Positions 34,801 through 46,700 of a DNA stretch of 64,000 nt are shown in pieces. The position numbers and the translations under genes are program-made. Each line of letters begins with the position of its first letter. Positions within the stretch are counted from its first letter, which is position 1. Origin of the DNA: Octopus bimaculoides (taxonomy: Eukaryota); NCBI RefSeq assembly GCF_001194135.2, contig NC_068986.1, positions 30,736,451 through 30,800,450 of the forward strand. The letters run 5' to 3'. The notes below the pieces were generated by a model. That model was not told the DNA's origin and searched no databases. It saw only the letters and a program-made list of their open reading frames with translations.

Positions 34801-35961
34801 TAATTCAAAACAATGTGAATAAATATTACATTTGATATTCTTAATGCTAAAGGAATTAGAAAAGTTGACACTTATCAGTCGCAAATTACCTAGCAAAACA
34901 AATTTTGCTCCATCATGTCTTAAAATCGATTGTAACCAATGAAATGTTCTCATGATCAAAATCTTACCAGCACTTTGGACCCCTACCTCTTATATGAATA
35001 AAATTATCAGGTAATTCAATTTCCAACCTTGTAACATTGTAAAATATGACCAATGGTTAAACCTTTTACTACATTGATGTGGTTTCAAAGTTCTTATCTT
35101 CATCTATATATCACCTACCATACATTATTTACACAAATTGATTATATTTCAAGCTGGTATTACAACCCAAATTATTGCACTATTAGAAGAGACAAATCAT
35201 TTCTGACTTCTCCATCTTCAAATTCTGTCACTGGCTCATTTGGTTGAGTATTTCATTTCAATATCTTTGCAATAGTGATCAAAATCTGTAGTGTTAACTT
35301 AATGGCATTGCAGGAGTTAAATGCACAAACCTTGAATAGGAATTAGCTTTGTATATTTTTACTGTTATTCAATAGTAAGTTAATACACCAGCCCAAACTT
35401 CATTAATAGCTTAATGGTTCAATGCAAAGGAAAGGAACGGATTGAAAAAAAAAGTGTTCAATAAACCAGTTAAACGTTAGACTAGTATGTTTAACCAGTA
35501 TATTATTTGGTAACTTGTAAGAAACAAAACTAATTTTGCCTTGTATCCAAACAAAAGCATTCCTTTACCTTAATTTGACAATTTTTCAGACCACATGCAC
35601 AATATCTCATTTACTCGTTTCTATTTCAATTTATTGCAAACAATGTATTCCTTGCAAAGAATACTTCTTCCCAATGAGACTATCATAATTTCGACTTGAT
35701 CCATTCATAATAAAACAATGTGCAGAGTATCAACTGACAGAGGTAGCTAAGAATACTTAATAAAACAGTCGAAACACAATTTGTATTCTACACTTAGCAC
35801 ACATCCCTGGTATGTGTTTCATCTTCACCAATACAGTATCAAACCAGCCATTTTACAAGAGTCAAAATCCAAGAATTCCATTCATCACTGTGAAGAACAT
35901 ATTCAGCATAACCCAATATTTATATAAAAAAAACCACACACACAAATATCAATTTAAAATA

Positions 35962-35967
35962 TTTATT
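35962..35967 (-). terminator. RPL23 polyadenylation signal
   Basis: AATAAA on the minus strand, 9 nt after the TAA stop. Confidence 0.7.
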
Positions 35968-35976
35968 ACAGTGTCT

Positions 35977-38900
35977 TTAAGCAATTGAACTAGCATTTGA
36001 AGCAATACGGGGCCATAAATCTGCACATTCTTTAGCGACTGGTCCTGTGATGGCTGATCCTGAAAAAGAAAAGAAAACATTAACCTAAGTAATTTAATAT
36101 TACAAGTAACATAATCAAACAAACGAGATGTCCTCAGCATCGTAGGCCAACCATTTATAGTCTGATATAATAACGTGAATGACAGCATCACACCTTTTCA
36201 ACTTTACTCCCACAGGCTGTAGCCCAACATATCATACCATTTTCGAATCAGGTTGACTCTGTGAGCAAACTAAAAACATTCTAGGCCAAATCCAGTAATT
36301 TTGGATTCGCAAGATTTCATTATTTCAATTGTTTTTTGTACCATAACAATTTTTATAATCTAAAGGTCAACTCTATGAGTAAATTTAAAACATTCTGGGC
36401 CAAATCTAAACCTGCAATCCTGAAATTTTGGATTCTCAAGTTTTCATTACTGCGATCGTTTTTGGCGATATTCTTAAGTGATTTTCTGTATGATAACAAT
36501 TTTTATAACCTGGAAATAAATTGAGGGAATAATCGAAATTACAAAGTCCAGCAATTAATTTATGTGATTTTTTGCAATGAATATTAACTCTGGAGGAAGC
36601 AATTGCAACAAATTCTCCAAAACAATCCTAACCCAAAATAAGTCAAGGATCTGTTTGCAGATCTTCCCATTTAGGGTCAGTAGCTAGTTACAAATATAGG
36701 GACTAGTAAAACTGGTCATGATGTACCAGAATTAGCATTCTTGCCAGTAAGTTCTAGGAATTTTGTAACAATGATAATATTGTACACCCAGCCAAGCAAG
36801 TTACTTTGCCTACACTCTATTTAAACAAAATCACCAGCCTGATTTTACCAATATAATTACATCCTTGTCATTTTCATGGCAAAAACCTTGTTATGGTGCC
36901 TCATACTAAGAGGATAGAAATCTTTTCAAATAAAAATTTAAACTAAGCCTGTGCTACACATTTTAGAGGCAGTCACCCTTTCATAATTCAAGCAAAAAAC
37001 CACCACCAATAAACCGTTGCCCAAACCAGTTTATCAAAGCAGAGAGTGGGTAACTTTAGAACGGAACATAAACAACAAGTAAACCAAACTTCCAAAAACA
37101 CTTTACTCTGAAAATCAAAGAGGGGTGGGGGAAGAAAAAAAAAACTGTGTTTAATGACACTTTGTCTAACATATGAACCAGGTGATTGAAGAAACATTTA
37201 AAGAAAGAAATTGTATATTAACACTTAATACAAAATTCTAACAGAGATAATATGAAGCAACAAGGAAGTTACCTTTCATTTCCCCTTTATTGTTGACAAT
37301 AACACCAGCATTGTCTTCAAAGTATATAAAAACACCATCTTTTCTCCGTAGTGGTTTCCGTTGCCGAATCACCACAGCTGGCATTACTGAAATCAAAATT
37401 GATAAGAACAATATTATCATGTACATTCTTACAGCGGCAATACAATACTCTCCACCATTAAATTACATTAATTCATGAGCTATTTTCCACTGCCCCTATA
37501 AAACAAACATTCAATAGCCACACTTCATGCTGCATCTTTCTTTGGCATGGTTTTTTATGGCTAGATGCCCTCTTTAAAGCCAACCACACAACAACATATA
37601 CTGGTTGCTTTTTTCATGCCACTGTAAGTAGTAAGACGAGGGGGTATACAGGCTTTTGCTGCAGAGCAACCGCAATTACATTTAGTAGAAAACGAATATG
37701 ATCAGTAGGAGCTGCAAAAATGGGTGATTTCTCAAGGTATAAGGTGAGTAGAATGCAATTAAACATGCAATGTTCAAATAAAGATATAAGCAATGGATTC
37801 AAAGCTGGACTTCAACCACACCAGAGAACTAGTTATAAGTTCTGATCTTAAATGTTATTGGAGTTTATCCAACCCATGCAAGAAGCAAGACTAACCAATG
37901 TCAAGCACTTGGCTTAGTGGGTTTTGATTCACAGACTGGATGGCATGTTGTGTTGAGCAAAATAATTCACTTCACATTGCCATTGTCCACTTAGGTGTCA
38001 AAAATGAGTAATGCTGCAGCCCATTGGCGTCGCGTCCAGGGGGAAATATACACACCATGGAAATTAGCTCTATGAGTCCATATGAACCAGGAAGGAGCTA
38101 ATACTATTTCGGAAGTATAAAACCAAACTACTTGTTGTAGGACGAGAGAGAGAGAGAAAGAAAAAAAAAAAGAACACAATTTAGTCAAGAGAATACAAAA
38201 CCTACCCTTTTTCCGTAACTCTGGTTTGCCTTTTTTTACTGTGGCTACCAACATGTCCCCACATCCTGCAGCAGGTAATCTATTTAAACGTCCTTTAATT
38301 CCACTTACAGCTATTACATAAAGGTTCTTTGCTCCTGCAAATAAACAGACAAAACAAAAGTTTATCAATGAAATTGATATCTCCCCACATATCAACATGA
38401 AGCACGCCCACCCCTTACATTAATTACCAACAAAACGACAATCATTTATATCGGGTATGCCAGGAAAATTAATTCTTCCATTACTTTTCCGCAACATCGA
38501 TTAGTTTTACTATTGTTTCAAATTTTGACACAAGGATGGCAATTTCAAGGGAAGACAGTAGGCCTGTTACATAGACTTACATCTTGACCGACCCCCAAAG
38601 TATAAAATATGCCGACAGCATTTAAACTCAGAACGTAGAGTTCAAATGCCGCCGAAGTTGACCGTCTTGTCATTCATTCTGATGGGGTCCACAATATAAA
38701 CAAAAGTTGAGAACTGAGGTAGATGTAATCTACTTTCCCATCGTCTCAAAATTGCCAGCCTTGTGCTTATGCATTCGTGAACAGTTTCTGTTCTGTGGCG
38801 TGAACGGAGTAATCAAATTATAGTTGCAAATTGGTTCAACAAAAACTGAAACTTACCGGTATTGTCAGCGCAGTTAATGACTGCTCCGACAGGAAGAGCA

Positions 38901-39839
38901 AGAGAGATTTTAAATTTGCCTCCGGCTGTACCACCACGTCCTTTAAGGAATAAATCAATAAATAAACCAGTTACTAAGTTAAAAATGAATACAGAGTTTA
39001 AAAAAACAAATGTAAAAAAAAAAAAAATCGTGTGCGGAACGAAGTTGAAGCAAGATTTTAAAGCTTAGGTTGAATACGCAGCAACACATGGAGATGCGGA
39101 AAATAATTTCCTTTGAGAATGAAAACACTACCTTCAAGATGAAATTATACCATTCAAAAGCTCTACCAAACCCATAAAAATCTATTAGTTTCCTCAAGTA
39201 GAAACCGCTCAACTGATCACAAATATTTCATTAACCAGGGGAGCAACTGGGAGTTTTCACATGATCAGACACATCGGATTCCATTGTATATTGTACACAT
39301 GCATATCATTATAAATGTACATGCTCACGTGTATATATAATTTAAGAGTAAAACTCGCATCTATAATAGATAGCAGTTGATTTAGAAGTATGGGTGTTTT
39401 TTCAGTAATTTTAAATGATGACTTAAACAGGTTTCCTCAATGTATTAACATACTTAGGTAACAAGATACCTCAAAACGAACAGAGTTTTATCTCTACGTG
39501 AGACATTTCAATAGTTATTAATTGCACACATTCTGAACGTTAACAATTTTAATTCAGAATTTCATGCGATTAACTAGATGTAAAAAACCCCGAAGTATTC
39601 GGTTGATCTAGTTGACTTAAATTGGTAAATATAACCAAAGACCTCGTGCACGTATCACGAACGGAAAATTTAAACTTATTTATTTTAACAGTAAAAATCG
39701 GATTAATAATCAATGTAATATTTCATTGATACAACAAATTAATAAGCTAAACATATTTCAAAATAAAAGGATCAATACAAAATAACGATTTATAAAGATT
39801 ATAATTAAAGGAAATTTAACACGTACCTCTCTTAGACAT
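35977..39839 (-). CDS. RPL23: 60S ribosomal protein L23 (uL14), 5 exons, 140 aa
   Basis: Exons (minus): 39839-39827, 38940-38857, 38334-38206, 37386-37273, 36059-35977 (13+84+129+114+83 = 423 nt). Protein [125 protein letters not shown]. Confidence 0.98.
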
Positions 39840-39848
39840 TTTTAAACA

Positions 39849-39880
39849 GGAAAAGGAAGATGGATTAAACGCAAGCGCAG
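39849..39880 (-). promoter_or_regulatory. RPL23 TCT/5'TOP start motif and NRF1-like site
   Basis: The minus strand reads CTTCCTTTTCC (39859-39849) just upstream of the ATG, the pyrimidine start typical of ribosomal protein genes. GCGCTTGCG lies immediately upstream. Confidence 0.7.
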
Positions 39881-40334
39881 AAAATAAAATGTCACCGGAA
39901 GAAGATACTTCACCGATTCAAAACTTGAATTATTTCGAATAACTAAAACTGTAAAATAAAAGACTAGTTTCATTATTAATATTCCTAAAATATTTTATTA
40001 AATGTATTAGAAACATTTCCGCTTTGAATAATATATAAATAATGAATATGTTTACAATTACCATATAAGGTCAGAAAGCACGCTCAGCGTGTCAGATTTT
40101 CACATCGAAACTCTTAGTAGCATAACTATTTAAAAAAAAAAATATTTCACACACTGTTTTATTCAGAATATAAAAAAAAAAAACGAGATTCTAAAAAAGA
40201 AACACAGATAAAATATTTTAAGCTGATAAATTTAATGAGAATAATTGTAAAAAAAGAAGTATTTTTATTTATTTGTTATGATTTGTAATGTGAAGGCGGT
40301 GGTCGAAATGAATTAGTAGAGAATGTGGATCTAA

Positions 40335-40377
40335 CCAATGAAATGTAGCGTTACATGAGTGTTGTGTTGAGTCAGTT
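40335..40377 (+). promoter_or_regulatory. Putative LASP1 core promoter (CCAAT plus Inr TCAGTT)
   Basis: CCAAT 40335-39 and TCAGTT 40372-77, about 270 nt upstream of the LASP ATG. These are short motifs and could be chance. Confidence 0.3.
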
Positions 40378-40642
40378 GCGCTATCTACTAATAATACTAG
40401 CGCTAAAACAACAGCAGCAGTACAACATATCTACTGCTTGCTTTATTACACTACTTAATACTACTACTACTGCTTGATATAGTTGTGTGTAGAGCGAAGC
40501 TTGCATTTATTTGTATTGTTACCTTTCGGAGGGCACCACGCAACGGGAGCAACACTTACTTAAAAACAAACACGACTAGCAACCTAAAACAAAACACAAA
40601 CCCATTCAGAATCTTATTGAAAGAGACAATTGGGGAAGCAAA

Positions 40643-40711
40643 ATGAATAAACGTTGTGGAAGGTGTTCGAAGCCCGTCTATCCTACAGAGGAGTTAAAAT
40701 GCTTAGACAAG
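40643..40711 (+). CDS. LASP1: LIM and SH3 domain protein (LASP1/Lasp family), first coding exon only
   Basis: ATG..AAG|GTAAGT, 69 nt, encoding MNKRCGRCSKPVYPTEELKCLDK. This is the N-terminal LIM half typical of LASP (MNxxCxRCxKxVYPxExxxCLDK) with the intron after LDK. Exon 2 (xWHKxCF..) was not found in the visible sequence to 64000. Confidence 0.85.
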
Positions 40712-43700
40712 GTAAGTTTCTTTCTGCTATGCGTGGGTAGGGTTTTTTTAAAGGTTTTTTTTTCCCTCTTAAAGGGGCAGGGTGTAGATAATTGATTGAT
40801 TAATTAATGATATTCGTTTTCCTCGTCTGAATTTTCTGTGTTTCACTTGGTAGAAAACCAAATAGAAAAGATCTGGTGGGAGTTTCAATAAAAGTAACTG
40901 AAGCGAAAAAGATCATGACTACAACTTTTATTATAGCAGCCTTACAGTTTTCTGAATAGTTTGAGTCATGCGGGGGGAAGAGTGGGGAAATTTATTCTTG
41001 GCTACATACAATCTGTAATTCCTTTTTAAGGGATCTCTTGACTCTTTGGATTATTTGGGTCTACTTTGAATTGGTGTAGATTTCCAAGGTGGGAAAGTTG
41101 TTGTTTTGACTTATATACTTATCGCTACTAGTTTTTATCTCTCTGCTACCTATGATTGTAATAAACTGTACAGTTCATTGCCTTATAAAAATTGATATAT
41201 GATAAATAAAAAAAACTGTTCAGCGAATACTTGTCAAATTGATATGTTATGGGTTTATTAATCCGATATGTCTTAGTGAACATAAACCGGCAGTGACGAA
41301 GGGTTCTTCTGCTCTAAACGTTAGAACTTCTCGTCTTCTTCATGGCATCAAAATTATTTAATCGTTCCAACTATCTGTATTACAATTTGCCGACAGAGAA
41401 CATTGCCAGTTTCTTCAGATTTTACTGGTGGTGTGTAGGCTTCAACACACGAATGGTGTGAGTGTGAATAAATGACATGGTGCTCTGTTAGTTTGGTGTA
41501 TTATAATATGGTCTCGCTACGTTGGCGCTTCTTAGCAACATTACTCACAGAACTCGCCGGTAGCACTGCATTCTGCACACACACGCACTGCACTACAAAT
41601 ATTGCACATTGCGTTACACATGCTATTACTACGTCTACTACTACATAGACTAATATATATATATATATATAAAGTATATNNNNNNNNNNNNNNNNNNNNN
41701 NNNNNNNNNNNNNNNNNNNNNNNNNNNNNNNNNNNNNNNNNNNNNNNNNNNNNNNNTTACCCGAACAAGGGAACCTCTACGTGATCTTTCGACCTACAAG
41801 AATTAGATTCTAAATTTCCTTTAAATTCCACCCTGCCATCTTAGACAAGAATATAATCTAAGTCTACATTGGATAACGTAGTATTAGAATACATGATGTG
41901 CCTGAATAAAAGAGGGGTTGATCATGGCTAAAATGCTTTGATCACAAGTCCTACTTAAGCAAGAATTGTCTAGGGTTAGCATTGTACTATGCAGAGATTT
42001 TGAAAAAGCCGCACACATATTTCGTCTACCTCTTTAACGAGGGCGGGGGAAGGACCTTATATGGTCGTTTGACCTGTTAGAAGTAGCAGTCGATTCTCCT
42101 TAAAATCACACCCTGCCATTTAAAAATAAGAGACGTTTCAATATAGTCCTTGTTATATATAAAGGTTTGAAATAAAAGACGAAATGGTCATGGTTGGAAT
42201 GCCTTTGATGAAGGCTGACTTAGGGTGAAACAATTGCTGCTGCTGCTTCGAATGTTTTTCATCTTCTATCCTCTTGTTCTTCAATCGGGTTAAACTGACA
42301 TTTAAGCAACTACATATGTTTCTTGTAATGTTCATATATATATGTGTGTGTATTTATATATGTGCATATATATGTACATGTATGTATGTATTTATATATA
42401 TATATATGTATGTGTGTGTATATATACCTACACAAGTGTATCTCCTCCCCTTATAACGTATATATGTATAATATATATGTGTATGTGTATATATATATAT
42501 ATATATATATCTCATGTATGCACATATACACACGCAAGTTATCTATATAAATACATACACACATGTATGGATATATAAGTTTTAGAAATATAATTTTGAT
42601 TTTTATATGGAATACTGAATAATTAATAACCGTATCGAGTTGATTTTAATGGAACCCGTTCACTCAAAAAGGCATCATAATGCCTCCTTTTTATTGCAGA
42701 GACGGGGAATGAAAACTATGGATCGTTTTGTTTCATTCATGCCTTTCTCAAGGATAGGAAGAAACGAAACAATATCAACAGATTCTACATAATGTTAAAC
42801 TTTTATCTTTGGCATCAGTCTAGTTCTTTCTCTCTCTCTAGAACTCCTCTCCCCGGGTTCTTTCTACTTAGCCTGCTAAAGACGGCAAGCTGTTTTTTTT
42901 TTCCCCACACCTTTTTTGGGTAGCAGTAAAAAGACCGGCAATTCTTCCTCAGTGGATTCTGCTAGAGTAATATAGAAAGATAGGGGGAAATAGAGAAATC
43001 TTTTCTTTCTATCTTCCTCTATCTCTCTCCTGTCACCAGACGTAGATGTAAGATGAGTGCTATTTGAATAGTTTCGTTCATTCTTAGTTGGAGAGAGAGT
43101 TAGATCATTTCATTTGCCAGTAAAATAGTGTGGGCTTCCTTTTTTTTTTATACTTCTTTCACATTTTTCTTTTATATATTTGTTTTTGCCTTTTTAGGGA
43201 AAAAAATCTTTCTTTTTTTGTTTCATTATTAAACAAATATTTATATACTACTACTAAGGCGTATGTATATGCATGTTANNNNNNNNNNNNNNNNNNNNNN
43301 NNNNNNNNNNNNNNNNNNNNNNNNNNNNNNNNNNNNNNNNNNNNNNTATATAATCTGTAAGTAAGCATGTATTTCTAAGAAAGGTTGTATTGATATTAGT
43401 CACTGTTGAATGAGGAAGATAATAAAAAAGCCGGCTTTTGAAAATTATATATATTCATATATTAAGACCTCTAAGTTAATCAGAATTCACATAATTTATT
43501 CTTTTATCACCTTTTAATTTAGTTTATAAAAGCTTATATATTTTAGTTTGAATCAAGTTTTGTTATACACTTGTCTATTTCTCGAAGTTGGAAGCATTGT
43601 AAAAAAAAAAAAAAAAAAATGAATTCATCACATGAATATGTCTTCAGATGTCGTCGAAAACGGCAATACCATTTACTACTTCAAACTCTTTGTCTGGTAA

Positions 43701-46700
43701 ATCAGAAGTGGGAGAAGATACAGGAGAAAACGAAACTGTACAAAAGGAGAATTGTCATGTTGGAATGATGGTGGTATTCTTGGTGCTCACACAAGTGTCA
43801 GATATGTATTTTAGTTGACAAACCCAGGCTGTTCACGCTCCTTTTGTATATTTCAATACTTAAAAAAAAATAATAAAGTTTATTAATATTTATTATATAA
43901 GATAGGATAAAACGGTTTGAATTCATGTTGACACTAGGTTATACCCTTTCCTTCTTTCAGTTTTCTCTACTGATGTTTTTCTCTTCTTCTCTCTATGGGG
44001 GCCGCTAATTCTGCTGATAGAACAGCAGACAGAAACTAATGTTAGTCATCTGGTATGCCAAAATCCGCCTTTCCCTTCCCTTCTACATTCTCTCAGCGAA
44101 TCTTCTCTCTAGTTTTGTTGTTTTCTTTTATTTCTTTCATAGAAAAATAGGGTGTGTAATCTGTATTATTGGTGTGTATGTGTGTGTGTGGGGTGCGTAT
44201 CAATAAGTAGTAGTATGTACATGTCAGTATTAGATGTGTGCATTTTTTTTCTTTTCTAAAACGATAACGATAATTATTAAACTAATTCTGATATAGCTTA
44301 ATTTGTTCCTTGTTCATTGAGAAATTTTCCCCTTTTTTTTCTCTCCTTTTTATTAAGCCTGACTGCTTTTCCTGTTTATTATCATGCCGCTAATTCGATG
44401 CCTCTATGAACATTCTTGTCTATTCATTTTATCACATTCTCTCCTCCCTCGCTTCATTCTTTGACGATATTTGAACAAAATTCGATCCTTTTTTTGAAGG
44501 TCTATTGCTCGTTGTAAAACACGAGCCACACATCATCTTTTCGATTTGATAACATCTATTCATTTTTCTCTTTTGTCTTTAGAGTTTCCTTTCTCAATTT
44601 CTCTCACAATTTTAGTTGTTAGAGGAATTGAATTTAAAAGTAGGAGAGATGACTTTCGTTTATAAACCGCCCACCCAAAACGCGTATATTCCTTCCGTAA
44701 GGAAACTTGTAACACTTAAGGTATTTTAGCATTAACAAAAAAATCCGGACTATTCCCGGTAGCGGAATTGAGTGGAATGTCCAGGAAGTTATTTATAATG
44801 CAAAATATGTAGCATCAAGGTTAAATGCTCTTTTTGTCTTGTGCAACTTGTGTTGGTGGTTTCTCCCCCCCCCCTCCACTCTTTTCACTTGATTTGGTTC
44901 AATAATATTTCATGTGATGTAACTCTTAACCTTTCGTTGGCATGTGAATCACTTTTTCAATATCTCCTTGTCTGAATAGCAAGCTAACTGTGTACCTGTC
45001 TGAGAGCCATGCTTGAAATGGAATATTGCCAGGATATTGTATACTTTGTACTGCTACCACTCCTGCTTTACATAGGAGTACTACACCGAGTTTATTACCT
45101 AGAGTTTTGTCATACCAACCAATTCATGTATCTATTCTACTAACTTAAACAAAACCTCTCGACCCCGGTGAACGGTCTCTTGTAAGGCAAAATTATATAC
45201 ATGGTCATGAGTGAGCGAACGTAAATGCTTGGTCTTCAAAAATAGGATTTTTTGTCAATGGGTTATTTGTTCGCTTAATTTTAAAGAAGTGAAATGTAAC
45301 GAGAACAATGATGAGGTAAATGAAGTGAGATAGCTACAACTGGGAATCAAAACTGGGTCACAGTCACGGCTTGCAGATGGAGGGGGAGGGGCTTACCCTC
45401 TGCTCAGTCAATAACCTACCCACATAATCTTGCATTCTCTGTTTTTATACATTTTGTTTCACTGTCTTCAATTTATAATTTTGTTTGTTTTGTAAGCTGA
45501 ATTGATTTACTTAAAGGTTACTTATTTTCAACTATTTTCTGTCTCATGAATGTTTTAAATAGGTAATTAGTAGGATAAATTCAATAAGCATTAAAAAGAA
45601 CTTAAATTAGATTCTTTGTATTTTTACTTTCTTATACCATTTATTAAGATTTTTATCAAAATATATTAAGAAAAAGTTTATCTAGAAATGTCTATAACAG
45701 TCAATATAAAAGAACAGTGTATTGATTTCTTTTAAATTTCTGAACTTTCATTTATTTGTGAACCGAGAGAAATGCTTATGCATGTGCATGTGGCCATGTT
45801 TTGCAGTGCAATCTTGAGGTAAAGGAATGGCTAGCCCACAAAAGCTGTCCGGACCAATCTCTTAGGATGTGAAAAGTAGGATTAGAAGGAACATGGGTCC
45901 TTCCATCTATCTGTCTTGAGCATTCGTTTCTTCATTTCAGTCTTTAAAGGAGTCTTGAAACAGTTCAAAATTAGTCGACCCTGGATACATTCATATGCTA
46001 ACAGCTAATCTCTTATTGCAATATCTGCTAAATAAATGCAGAATTTCAAAAGTGTAGAGGTAAGTGGTGTCATCTTAGAAGTATCTTTATGCTTGTATTT
46101 TAAGTGGGCAGGTAGCAACTCAGTATTGTATAGTCACTATAAACATGAGGTACACGAAGATATAGAGAATCTATTTAGATTAACAGATAGCTTAAGTTTT
46201 AGGTATACCAGATGTTCTGAGGTAACTAGCATAAACAGTCAATGGCTGCTTAAGACACCCTACCCACGTTAGTTCTTGCCATCTAGCTGGTGTAATTAAC
46301 ATTAGAAAGGAACTATTATCTTTGTTAGTAGCTGAAGATTTCTTTTGTTTCTTTATGTAAAGTACATTTAGATGAGGATTTGTATAAAGTTTGATATCGT
46401 ATGGCAGTGAAACAGTTGGCTGGGGAGGCAGAATTAGACCACAGTAAACTTTAGAAGTAGATGAACTCAAAATGAGAAGATTGTCTCATAGGAGTGGTGG
46501 CATGAGATCAGAAACAAAGCTGATCTGTAAAACTTTCTAATCCATTCCACTCCACATCTGTACTAAAACAAATTTCAATGTTCAGATGTATTTGTTTATG
46601 AAATATCTTATTTCTAAAGTGTTTGAATTAGTAGTGTTAATTTTGAGAATCGATAACTTTAGTACCAGTAAATTTTTCCTAAAAGTAAAGTTTCTGATAA

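Noticed and set aside
36280-36540. Short internal repeats (taacaatttttataa, tttggattc..tttcatta) in RPL23 intron 4
   Set aside because: These are two or three degenerate units with no RNA-gene motifs, most likely a transposon fragment.
36060-39826. H/ACA snoRNA (SNORA21-like) in RPL23 introns, as in human
   Set aside because: I searched for the expected pocket elements. AAAAGC..CGTC at ~37635-37657 lacks an upper stem, and the hairpin at ~38000-38130 resembles a dispersed repeat also seen at ~33545-33600. No H box/ACA architecture was found. A cmsearch is needed.
41290-41330. Hammerhead-ribozyme-like motif (gtgacgaaggg..ctaaacgttag)
   Set aside because: Both catalytic core elements deviate (GTGACGA for CTGANGA, TAAA for GAAA), so it is at most a dead Penelope-type relic.
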